NCBI RefSeq assembly: GCF_018977255.1
Contig: NW_024704752.1
Span: forward strand, 8,432,001 to 8,496,000
DNA from: Callorhinchus milii
Lineage: Eukaryota
DNA: 64,000 nt
Direction: 5' to 3'
The notes under the pieces were generated by a model, which was not told where the DNA came from, searched no databases, and was given only the letters and a program-made list of their open reading frames with translations. Position 1 is the stretch's first letter; each line of letters starts with the position of its first letter. The position numbers were made by a program, and so were the translations under genes. Shown here one piece after another: positions 49,601 through 60,000 of this stretch.

Positions 49601-52062
49601 TCATCAATGCTGTCCCACTCAGAAGACCATCAGAATAGACAAAATCCAACTTCACCTTTAAGAGACAGCCTGCGAAGACTATGAAGCCCTGAGCATGAAG
49701 ATGCTTGGCTAAGGCAAATCCAAATCCTGTATCACAACCTGTGATAAAGACAGCCTTGTGTTCAACCTGGAAGAGAGAAAAGGCAAAGCTAAATGCTCCA
49801 TTTTTTCCAAAATGTCCATGACAATTTACTGTAAGCCTCACTCACAATCATTTAAATCTCCTTCTTTGAGGCAATTCACCAAATTGGATTTAACTTCTCA
49901 GAACAACAACAAACAACTTCTCAGAATAACAACAAACAACTTCTCAGAACTATTAATATATGACTGTTAAAATATTTTTTTCTAATCGCACAGGATCCTC
50001 AGTGTATTATACACCCCACTTCTCCCTTCCCATAACTTCAAGACAACACCAACTTCCAACTTTCTTCACTTGGACGAGCACAAAATCAACCGCCAAAAAT
50101 TAATGTTGCTGTAAATTGACAAATGTAGTTCACTTGGGCATTATATGCAGGTTACAAAGAGGCATTTTACAACACCACAGTGGTTCAAAAGCTAGCTTCA
50201 CAAAAATAGATTAGCAACATTGAGCTATTTGTATAATTATTTTAGCAAATTGTGATTTTGGTTTTGCGTTTCATGAGGCTTTATAACGACACACATGACA
50301 TGCAAATAATATAATTTATGTTATCATTGGCATGGTTGGAAAACAAAGCAATTAACAAGTATCAACACATTTTCCTTTAAAAGCTTTAGACAAAAAGGTT
50401 CAATGGTAGCTAAATTTTTCAATACATCAACACGTAATGGGATTTAATGGGTTTTGCTCACGCAAGATTAGCCTCAGCTGTATGAACTTCAACTTTTAGT
50501 TTACTAACAGCAACTCAGTAGCTTATAAAACTAACTAACAACAAATAAAGTTATCCAAATGTTTATCAACTGTTAACAGTTATTTGATTGCTATCAGTCA
50601 TATTTAAGTTGAATCCTGGTATGTGCTACCATGCTGATCTCAGGCAGAGAGGCAAAATTCACCTCAACATCCATGAGTTAGGAGGGAGGCAAAAATATCA
50701 CCGAGGGTTTGTGATCACTATTTAGTTACTTGCTTTCCCAGAATTTCTGATCATTATTTAATTAATTTCTTTTGGAAAGTGTCGTGTGTGAACGTTGGGT
50801 GAAGCCAGGGTCAGCTGTGATTGTCCCTAACAATAGCATAGCCTTCTGATATTGACTTGCTGGGTTCACATATGATGAATGATCACTTGGGTGAGATACT
50901 GGGAGAAATGGTATCAAAGTATGAGTCAATGCTTTCCGGAGAGAATACTGGAAAAAAATTATTATTTCGCAAAACATTTCTAGGCACTTATTAAACCAGG
51001 AAGTTCCCTTAGAAGCTATTATCTAATATTATTTGTGTTTTTGCCCACAAAATATACAGTCAGTACACTTTATGTGGGAGTTCTGTATCTCAGTGGTTAG
51101 AGCACTCACAAGCGAGACACCTGAGTTCGATTCTTGAAAGGGCGAAATGTTGGGCAAATTTCCTTACTCCACACCTTACGCCTCGGTTTACCCCACAGTA
51201 AGTAAGAACCTGGTTGATAATTGATTAGCGGATCACTTTATCGGGGATAATAATCCCTTAAAAAAACACTAATAACTTGGTGACTTCAATCCATGACTGT
51301 TTGTAGGACACTGCTGCGTGCAATTCACTGCCGCGTTTTGCCCACAAAATATACAGTCAATTCACTTTACAGTATATTCTGTGAAGCGCTTTGAGCCATC
51401 CAGACAACGTGAAAAGCCCTATATCAAATGCCAGGATTATTTATTATTATTTTACGGTGTATTCGGTGATGCACTTTTGAGACGTTTCCAAGACGCGATA
51501 AGGCCCTGTATCAAATGCAAGGATTACTATTATTAGTATTATCATTATCAAAATGCACTTTGAAAAAATATCAACACGAAGCTTGTGGGAGCCTCTCGGC
51601 GTAATTTGACAATTTGTGCTCGGAATCAGCACAGCCCACCGGACCAGGTGCGCCGCGGCCGCGGCCGCGAAGAGGTGGCGTTCGATAGTGCAAGAGCACC
51701 AATCCTCACTCGCGAAAAATACACAGTCAATTCGCTCAGCGGCGGTATTCCGCGAAGGCGCCTTTGAGACGTCTCGTAAGACGCGACAAGGCCCCGTAGC
51801 GAGGGCGAGGGCGAGGGCGGTCACAAGAAATGAATGGAACCGACTGTACCTTCACCGAGCCCCTGGGCAGAGAGGGCATGGCCACGCACAGCACAAACAG
51901 CAAGTACATCAGCACGATACTGTGCGTCACTGTCTCGTCGGTGAAACCCAACAGTTTGACAGCCCAACTCAAGAGCTCCGGCAACCAGAAGCCCAGACTG
52001 AGGGTCAGCCCCATGGAGAACAGCACCAACAGGACCATCTGCGGGTGGGAAACCCTGGACAT
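43634..52062 (-). CDS. BDH1-like short-chain dehydrogenase with hydrophobic N-terminus; complement(join(43634..44091,45211..45363,46877..47018,49656..49766,51850..52062)), 358 aa
   Basis: Exons of 213/111/142/153/458 nt in frame, total 1077 nt; internal exon sizes equal those of the neighbouring BDH1. TGCDTGFG Rossmann motif, LWGVVNIAG, catalytic [27 protein letters not shown]. Exon 1 encodes hydrophobic stretches. Confidence 0.92.
45925..46405. mobile_element. Two 5'-truncated SINE copies, tail to tail (+ 45925-46105; - 46225-46405)
   Basis: Both match the family 3' half. Similar truncated tails at about 10320-10520, 14880-14990, 15440-15550, 25065-25150, 34295-34405, 42205-42333 and 54655-54825. 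Confidence 0.8.
48278..49150 (-). mobile_element. L2 LINE 3' fragment (RT C-terminus and tail)
   Basis: Minus-strand peptides [35 protein letters not shown] and [12 protein letters not shown] typical of L2 ORF2; frameshifted. Confidence 0.88.
51077..51450 (+). mobile_element. tRNA-derived SINE, longer and older subfamily
   Basis: GGAGTTCTGTATCTCAGTGGTTAGAGC head, family tail ending in (TTA)n. Confidence 0.8.
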
Positions 52063-52720
52063 CTCGTCTCCCCGATCAGCCCTTCTGCTGCGCTGGATCA
52101 GAGCTCAGAGACCCTCTCCATCCATTGCGNNNNNNNNNNNNNNNNNNNNNNNNNNNNNNNNNNNNNNNNNNNNNNNNNNNNNNNNNNNNNNNNNNNNNNN
52201 NNNNNNNNNNNNNNNNNNNNNNNNNNNNNNNNNNNNNNNNNNNNNNNNNNNNNNNNNNNNNNNNNNNNNNNNNNNNNNNNNNNNNNNNNNNNNNNNNNNN
52301 NNNNNNNNNNNNNNNNNNNNNNNNNNNNNNNNNNNNNNNNNNNNNNNNNNNNNNNNNNNNNNNNNNNNNNNNNNNNNNNNNNNNNNNNNNNNNNNNNNNN
52401 NNNNNNNNNNNNNNNNNNNNNNNNNNNNNNNNNNCCCACACCCTCTCTGTGGATCCGCCCGGACAAGGAATGAGATCACTTCCGCGTGCAAATAGTTCAG
52501 CAAACGTTGTGCGAACGATTCTTTTAACCACCGCGCGCGCGCGCGCGTGTGTGAGTGTGTGAGTGTGAGTGTGTGTGTGTGTTTTTTTTAACGCAGACAG
52601 TTGTTGTTGTTGTTGTTGGCGGAGAGGAGAGGAGAGGAGGGGTTCAGGTGTCCTTTCCATCTGTCCGTCGGGGGGGGGTCTGTGGTGGCGTTGATCGACG
52701 TGAAACAGCAAATTAAGGGC
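51640..52720. promoter_or_regulatory. CpG island/promoter of the BDH1-like paralog (partly in an N gap)
   Basis: Dense CpG over exon 1; ETS/GABP-type CACTTCCG at 52477-52484; (CG)n-(TG)n run at about 52531-52582. Confidence 0.6.
52130..52434. other. Assembly gap
   Basis: N run in the promoter/5'UTR of the BDH1-like gene. Confidence 1.
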
Positions 52721-52825
52721 ATTACCGATTAAACCTTTTCCGAGTCGTGAAATGTAACGTCCTTTTCGACATTAAATCATTGTGAATGAAGAACTCACAC
52801 CCCCCCCTCCCCCCCCCCCCCCCCC

Positions 52826-52857
<32 letters not shown>

Positions 52858-52940
52858 ACACACTTTGATAATACATCAATGTTAATTTAAATGGCTGGTG
52901 TTGCAGGAGAGTCGTGCCAAGCGTTTTCCTTTTTCCGTTC

Positions 52941-53257
52941 TTAATAATAATCCTTGCATTTGATATAGCGCTTTTCACGTCGGGAGGACGTCCCAAAGCG
53001 CTTCACAGAACAGACTGTAAAGTGAATTGACTGTATATTTGTGGGCGAACGCGGCAGCCAATTGCGCACAGCAATGTCCCACAAACAGTCGTAGATTGAA
53101 AATGACCAATTTATTATTGTTTTTGGTTTTGGAGGGATTATTATTAGGCTCTGTGTGGAGTAAGGAAACTTGCCCAAGGTTTCACCCTCTGCCTGGAATT
53201 GAACTCAGGTCTCTCACTTGCAAAGCGAGTGCTCTAACCACTGAGCTACAGGACTCC
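52941..53257 (-). mobile_element. Full-length tRNA-Ala-derived SINE between the two BDH1 genes
   Basis: Near-identical to the reverse complement of 14171-14486. Confidence 0.9.
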
Positions 53258-55097
53258 TACAGGATTCCGAACGACTTAAAAGAAATGTTGACCCGGGCGC
53301 GCGAGGGCTGAGCACGGTTGTCCTTCGTGGCACCTGTCCGTACCGCACCATCTCTTTCTTATCACTCTCTCGTGTTTCGGCCTTCAGCGACTCGGCCCCC
53401 GCCCTCTGCGACTCCCATCCTGCAGTCCCTCCGCCTCATCCCCTCCCTCGCCTCCTTCAAAGTCCATCTCAAGACCCTCCTCTTCGACCATACCTTCGGT
53501 CACCCTCCTTCCCCCCAACCCCCGATACCCTCCCCCCCCCCCCCCGGCTGCCCTCCACCTTCCCCGATCCCGACCCCCAGCTCGGGCCTGAAACACTAAC
53601 TGTCCAGCGCCTTGGGACGTCCACCCAATGCGAAAGGTGCTGTACAATTGTTGATTAAAGACGGGGAACTCCAGGTTTTCAATTTGAAAGTGACTTGCAC
53701 CACCTGGCGGTCTGACTGTGAAATAGTGTTAGCTGATAACCATTGATTTGCAGTGCTAAGATTATAAATATACCCTGGTCTATTTCTGTGCTGAGTTGAC
53801 TGATCACAGACCGCAAGGACACAACAATGCTAGTGAGGCAGAGGGGAACCATCAGCAAACCTAAGCAAAATAAAAAAATTCTAGCCTCAATAGACAAAGT
53901 GTACAAAGTTCATTACTCTGAACAGATCTGGCCTCAATTATGCTTTTTTACCAAGGTAGGTTTAAAATATATTCTGACTTGTTATCCACGCTTTTATCAG
54001 CTCCAGGCTTGACTATGCTAATTCCCTGCTCGTCAGACATCCCAATTTATTCGCTAATAATCAGATAGGACTATTCCGAACTCTGCAGCTCATGTCGTCT
54101 CCTCCATAAGCCTATCAACTCTACCCTCGCTCGGCTCCACCTATCTCTGTGACCACCGGCTCACTCTGCTCGGCAGGCATTGGCCTGAAACTCCTTATGT
54201 TCCCTAAAGATTATGTTGGTGGTACAAATTAATGAGAGTTTTAAGTTTCCCAACTTCTTTTTGGCAAGCTTTCCAGTTGTTGTCCAACTAGGACTACCAT
54301 TCCTATATATGGTTTGGGCTTCGAGGGTTAACAGGAGCTCTGTGGGAAGAATCCCTGTCCCCAGTCTGCCTCTCCAAGTCTATCGGTGAGCCAGGTTGGC
54401 TGTCCTGTCATCAGCAGTGCCCTGGAGTACTGTGGACTTGCCTGGTTCAGGATCCGGACTACCGAGACCACCACAGACCGTTGACTCAATTCTGACATTC
54501 CATTACCAAGCATGTCACTTTGGAGCCAGTTCGACTCCAAGGAGATCCCACTTAGCTGCCTCCTCCAGGGAATAGTTCTAAGTGACATGAAAGAAAGTTA
54601 AAAAAAAGCTCCAGGAACTCTTTCTCTGTTTTCCCTTTATACTTAGTAATAGAGTAATAATCCTTGTATTTGAGATAGCACTTTATCACGTCACCTGGAC
54701 GTCTCAAAGCACTTGACTGGATTTACTGCGAATCGCAGTGACTGGTATTTTTGAAGGCTAACGGGGCAGCCAATTTGCACACACAATGCCCGCAAAAATA
54801 ACTATGGAGCGAATGACCAATTTTATGTGGGGGAATTGTTGGCCAGGATGCAGGGGAAAACTCTCAGCGAGTTTTTTTTGGCTTTATTTGCTGTCTGTCC
54901 GTCCGTCCAACCTGTGGCTCTGGGGTCTCAGTGGACCTTTCCCTTGTGTGTGTGTGTGTGTGTGTGTGTAAGTTTGTGTGTAAAAAAAAATCCTTCCGTT
55001 ATGTCAATCCAATGGGGGTCATTGCGTTGAACAGGTTGGCTGTCAGTGCCACTGTGAATGCTGGGGATAACCTGCTCTCCATTCCCCCAGACCCAGC

Positions 55098-55556
55098 GAG
55101 GGGAGGGTGAGGGGGTGAGGGGGCGAGGGGTGAGGGGAGGGTGAGGGGTTGGGGGGGGTGAGGCGGGTGAGGGTGAGGGGTTGGGGGGGGTGAGGGGGTG
55201 AGGGGTTGGGGGGGTGAGTGGGGTGAGGGTGAGGGGTTGGGGGGGTGAGGGTTTGGGGGGGTGAGGGGGGTGGGGGGTGGAGGGGGTGTGGGGGGTGGAG
55301 GGGTTGGGGGGGGTGAGGGGTTGGGGGGGTGAGGGTGAGGGGTTGGGGGGGTGAGGGGTTGGGGGGTTGAGGGGGGTGAGGGGTTGGGGGGGGTGAGGGG
55401 GTGAGGGGGGTGAGGGTGGGGGATGAGGGGGGGTGAGAGGGTGAGGGGGGTGAGGGTGAGGGGTTGGGGGGTGAGGGGGTGAGGGGTTGGGGGGGTGAGT
55501 GGGTGAGGGTGAGAGGGTGAGGGTGGGGGTGAGGGGGTGGTGGTGGTGGTGGTGTG
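55098..55556 (+). repeat. G-rich low-complexity tract, (G3-8 TGA / G3-8 TT)n
   Basis: Directly visible; source of spurious Pro/His ORFs on the minus strand. Confidence 0.95.
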
Positions 55557-55760
55557 GGAGCGCAGAGCGCATGCTCAGACATCCTCTTTAAGGCGAGGAG
55601 GACGCGTCACTGTAAAGCCTTTGGGTGACCTTCAGAGGCTGCGCCGAGTGCCCCTCCAGAGCCCGCGATCATGTTCTGTGTGAGGCGGAGAGCAGCCCTT
55701 CTCCCCTGGAGGTAAGAGCCCGAGCAGACCCGTCCCCCTCTCACCGAGTCCGGGTGTGGA
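55556..55760 (+). promoter_or_regulatory. CpG-rich promoter/exon 1 of BDH1 with NRF1-like site
   Basis: AGCGCATGCTCA at 55566-55577 approximates the NRF1 consensus YGCGCAYGCGCR; donor GAG|GTAAGA at 55711/55712. Confidence 0.55.
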
Positions 55761-57009
55761 TGGAGCCCCTCCACCACCGACCTGATACCTTTCCTTGTTA
55801 CTGGTGTTTCTTTCCAGGGCTGAATATGCCAACAGGTGCTTCCTCTCCCACCCCCACCCCCCCACACCCCCTCCACCCCCACACCCCCACACCCCCACCC
55901 CTCCACCCCCACCCCCCCCCCCTCCATCCCCACACCCCCCTCCACACCCCCCTCCACCCCACACCCCCCCTCCACCCCCCACACCCCCCCTCCACCCCCC
56001 ACACCCCCCCCTCCACACCCCCCTCCACACCCCACCCCCCTCCACCCCCCCCCCCCTCCACCCCCCACCCCCCACACCCCCCTCCACCCCCACACCCCCC
56101 CTCCACCCCCCACACCCCCCCTCCACCCCCCACCTCCACCCCTCACCCCCTCCACACCCCACACCCCCCTCCACCCCCCCCCACACCCCCTCCACCCCCA
56201 CCCCCCCCTCCACATCCCCACCCCCCCCCTCGAGATAAAAGAGAGTTCCTGTCATTCAGTTTATGATTGAAGGTTATTCCTCGTCTTGAACTTGTTCTCT
56301 TATAAAAGGGAAGAGGAGTGGACGAGTGTGTGTGTGTGTGGGGGGGGGCGAAAGGAAGATTTAGGAAGGAAGGAAAGTGAGTGAAATCTTCACTCTCTCT
56401 CCCTCTCTCCACCAATTCTTCCCACGTTTCCACCACAACCGCCACATGGAACTGAGAAAGAAAGTGTGGGGTTTAACCGGTTTAATACTCTATTTGACTC
56501 TAAATGATCCTTTTTTTTTGTGGGGGTGGGGTGGGGGGGGGGTGAATGATTGACTGACTGACTGACAGACACAGAGAGACAGTAACTCGGGGAGAATTGT
56601 AACTGGAGAGTTTTTTTTTGTCTTAATTATTAAAAAAAAGAGGAAGAGCTCAGGGACGTGAGCGGTAGACAGACCATGTGTCCAGACAGACACCACCAAA
56701 TACAGCGACACCATTGACATGTTGGAGCTTTTGGCCATTTCAGATCAGCGGATCAGATCACTTTCCACCGTTGAACAGTTTATAATTCCCCCCACTCTCC
56801 CCCCCCCCCTCCCCCATCCCCGCCCCCCCACACCCCCACCACCACCAAAAACAAAATCCAACCTTCCAGTTTAACGTGTTATTTTGACAGAATCCAGATT
56901 CGAATTTTTTTTTTAAAAAAATATGACTGATTCATCCAGGTTCTGTTTTCTCATCTGAAGTACCGGACTCTCTCGTCTAATATAATTGGTGTGTATTTTT
57001 ATCTCCCCC

Positions 57010-57042
<33 letters not shown>

Positions 57043-60000
57043 ACCCCACCCACCCACTTCACCCCTGATGTGCTCGTTTTTTTTGCGCTCTTCTGGTTGC
57101 TAAGTTCACATGGAGTTCCCCCCCCGGACACTGTGGATAACGAGACCAGAGACGTCCAGGTTCCTGATCCGTAGTTGTCCCCAGAAGGTCAGGCATCGAC
57201 ATTGGCATTGCAGCACAGTCACGTAAAGTGACATATGAGTCTACTACTACCGTCCCTACTCTCGCTGTGGCTTCAGTGAAATCTGCTGAAAACCTCCCCT
57301 CTGCCGGATGCAGGAGCATAAACAAGTGAAAACATGTGGGTTAATCGAGTCTTAACGAAAACGTGCAGTTCTGCACAGCGAGTACATACAGTCAGCCCCC
57401 AAATTATACTCAGCTCAGTGACTTGTCGTATTGCCCAATTCTCTCGTTTCCCGTTTGATATCTCTCTGGATTGTGGCCACTGGTTCAATGACGACTTACT
57501 TGTTCGTTGATCTGAATAAGGTGCCAAGGCATTGGGTACATTTTTCACTGATTTCGATCAGTACCCACCAGTTTTTGTCACTGTTGCCTACAAATACATG
57601 CGACGTGTATTCTGTAATGCCAGTTTTCGCTCTGAATAACGTGTCCTGTTTAACGCCAGCTCTGGGGACTATCCAGTCAAATGCTTGGTTAGTCGTGTAC
57701 TGGAAGCTTGATAGGTCGGCCAGTGATTAAAATGTGTTCCTTCTCCTTATATATGCAATACTTTGCTGTTAAAGATTTTTTGTTGTTGTGAAATCTAGGT
57801 TGAGAGACAAGACCCTCAGTGCAAGGCACTAGTCAGGCTGATAGGAATAGGTGGGGAAAACAAGAAATGGTGGTTATTTGTCATCAAACCTGGGTTTTGA
57901 AAGCCAGTGTAAGAGGCAAGGTATTTTTTTATCTAAAGGTCTGGGGGAAGGGGGGTTGGGAGTGTCCCTAAAACTGCATTTAGGGAATAGAAGGAGCAGT
58001 TTGTAGCAGGTGTATGCCTGAGATCTTGGGAGGTAATACGAAAGTTCAGATAAGCAACATCAGCCTGGCTCAGTTGGTAGTAATCTCAGCTCTGAGTCAG
58101 AAGGTTATGGGTTCAAGTCCCAGGTCAGCACTTTGAACTCACAATCACACCAGACACATCAATACAGTGTTGAGGAAATGCATTGTTGGAGGTACTATCC
58201 TTTGGATCTGAGTTTCCTGTTCAGGTGGACTTTAAAGGCATCATTGAAAAGAGTAGAGAGTTTCTCCTGGCAAACGATCTCCCAGAAAACAAATTGTTTA
58301 TTCACAACATTGCTGTTTATGGAGCATTGCTGTGCACAAATTGGCTGAGACGTTTGCCTAAAAATACATACACTGCAATTCACAGTAAAATCCTGGGAAG
58401 CACTTTGAGACATCTTGACCACATAATAAGGCACTATATCAAATACAAGGATTATTAATATAAATAAAAGCAGATCAGAGTGATTGGGGAGGGGGTTAGA
58501 GAGAGAATTTCAATGCCACAGAAAGATGATCCATCAGAACCTTAAAAATATTTGGAAAATTGCACTGTGTATCCCTTCAGCCCTGTTTGTTACTGTGGTT
58601 TCTCTGAATATCTTTAGTTTCCCTGTGTTTCAGTCGAGTGCAGGCAGCAGTTTGCAATGCAACTGGAAATCGTGGGGCTCGTGGATTTGCGACCAAGGTG
58701 GAAGCGGTACGTGGAGCAGTATGATAACAAAAGTGATTTATATGAAGAAGGCACTTTGGTCTTATCTTATCCCTCCAAAACACCCACCCTACTGTCCCCC
58801 CCACATTACAGCGTCAAGCTGTGTTTTAAATGAGTCCAGTGTCTTTGGCCTCAACCACCCTACCTGGCAACCTGTTCCAGCTGTTAATTACCCTTTGAGT
58901 AAATATATAATTATATTTATTATAAATATAATGGTGGATGTGTGCATCTTCCTTCAGTAATAAAGTTACTAACTTTATTAAAATAAGAATATCTCAAAGT
59001 TGAATGAAAGCTGGTTACTGTAAATTCCATTTCATAGTAGAAAATAATATTTTGGTTCCTTTACTTCCTGTAATCCAATGGTAAAGAGTAGCTTATTCTG
59101 TGTGACCACTCACAAGTTCCATTGCCTCATAAATTACTGTGGAGGTCGAGGTTGGAATGCAGCCCAGAATGATGGGACAAACCTTACTTGTTTGTAATGG
59201 AACTCAGTTTCTGGTGGGTATGGGCACATAGCCTGCACAAACTGACCTTAAAATCAGCTCTAAATTGGCAAACTTACTAAGAGGGGCTGAATTAGTCGTG
59301 CAAAATTAAATGCATCATACTGGTGTACTACATGCCACACCTCTGAAGTTGGGAGCTAAGTAAAGGGAGCTGTATTCCGAATTTAATGAGTCAAATGCAT
59401 AAGACTCAACACCACAGCTCCATACAGATATATATGCCTGCACCATTCAATAACCTGCTGCTTCCTCACAATGAAATCTGAGCATTAAATTCATTTGATT
59501 ATAAGAATTACAGTAAAATAGTTTATATCAGTAACTGTCTGCTCTAAAATCCAGACATGTCACCCTGAGCATTCATCCACACTTGCCCCAGCTCCTTCTT
59601 TCCTAATATCTGCTCAGCCTGCTTCCAGTTGGATGCACACACCAAACCATTAAGACATTAGAATGTCGAGGCTCAGAGAGCAACATTAAGGTCCATCTGA
59701 CCAAAGTTTTTTAAAAAAAACCTACACCAATTTATCTCTCATACCTCTCAATCCATTATTTGGTTTTGTTAAGCATCTGTTCCACATATCCACTTGTCTG
59801 AATAATTTTTGGGAGCTTTTTGTCACGGTCTTGCAGTCAGGGTTCATGTCAAGTAAACTGATTCTATTTGCATTACCCAAGCTGGTTAGCATTTTAAGTA
59901 CTGGATTTGTTCCCTCACAATTTTATTTGCGCCAATGAGTTCAACAAGTTCACTGTTGTTTTTCTTTAGAACTGCTTTTAAGGGCAACGTTTTGCACTTT

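Noticed and set aside
54928-56270. Pro/His-rich and Gly-rich ORFs resembling extensin or collagen
   Set aside because: Translations of G/C low-complexity tracts, open in several frames on both strands.
57235-57279. Alternative ATG considered for the BDH1 start
   Set aside because: Stops after 14 codons with no donor; 55671 gives an in-phase presequence and a strong donor.
58484-58960. 158-aa ORF in BDH1 intron region
   Set aside because: Overlaps the 73-nt BDH1 exon in a different frame; no recognisable homology.
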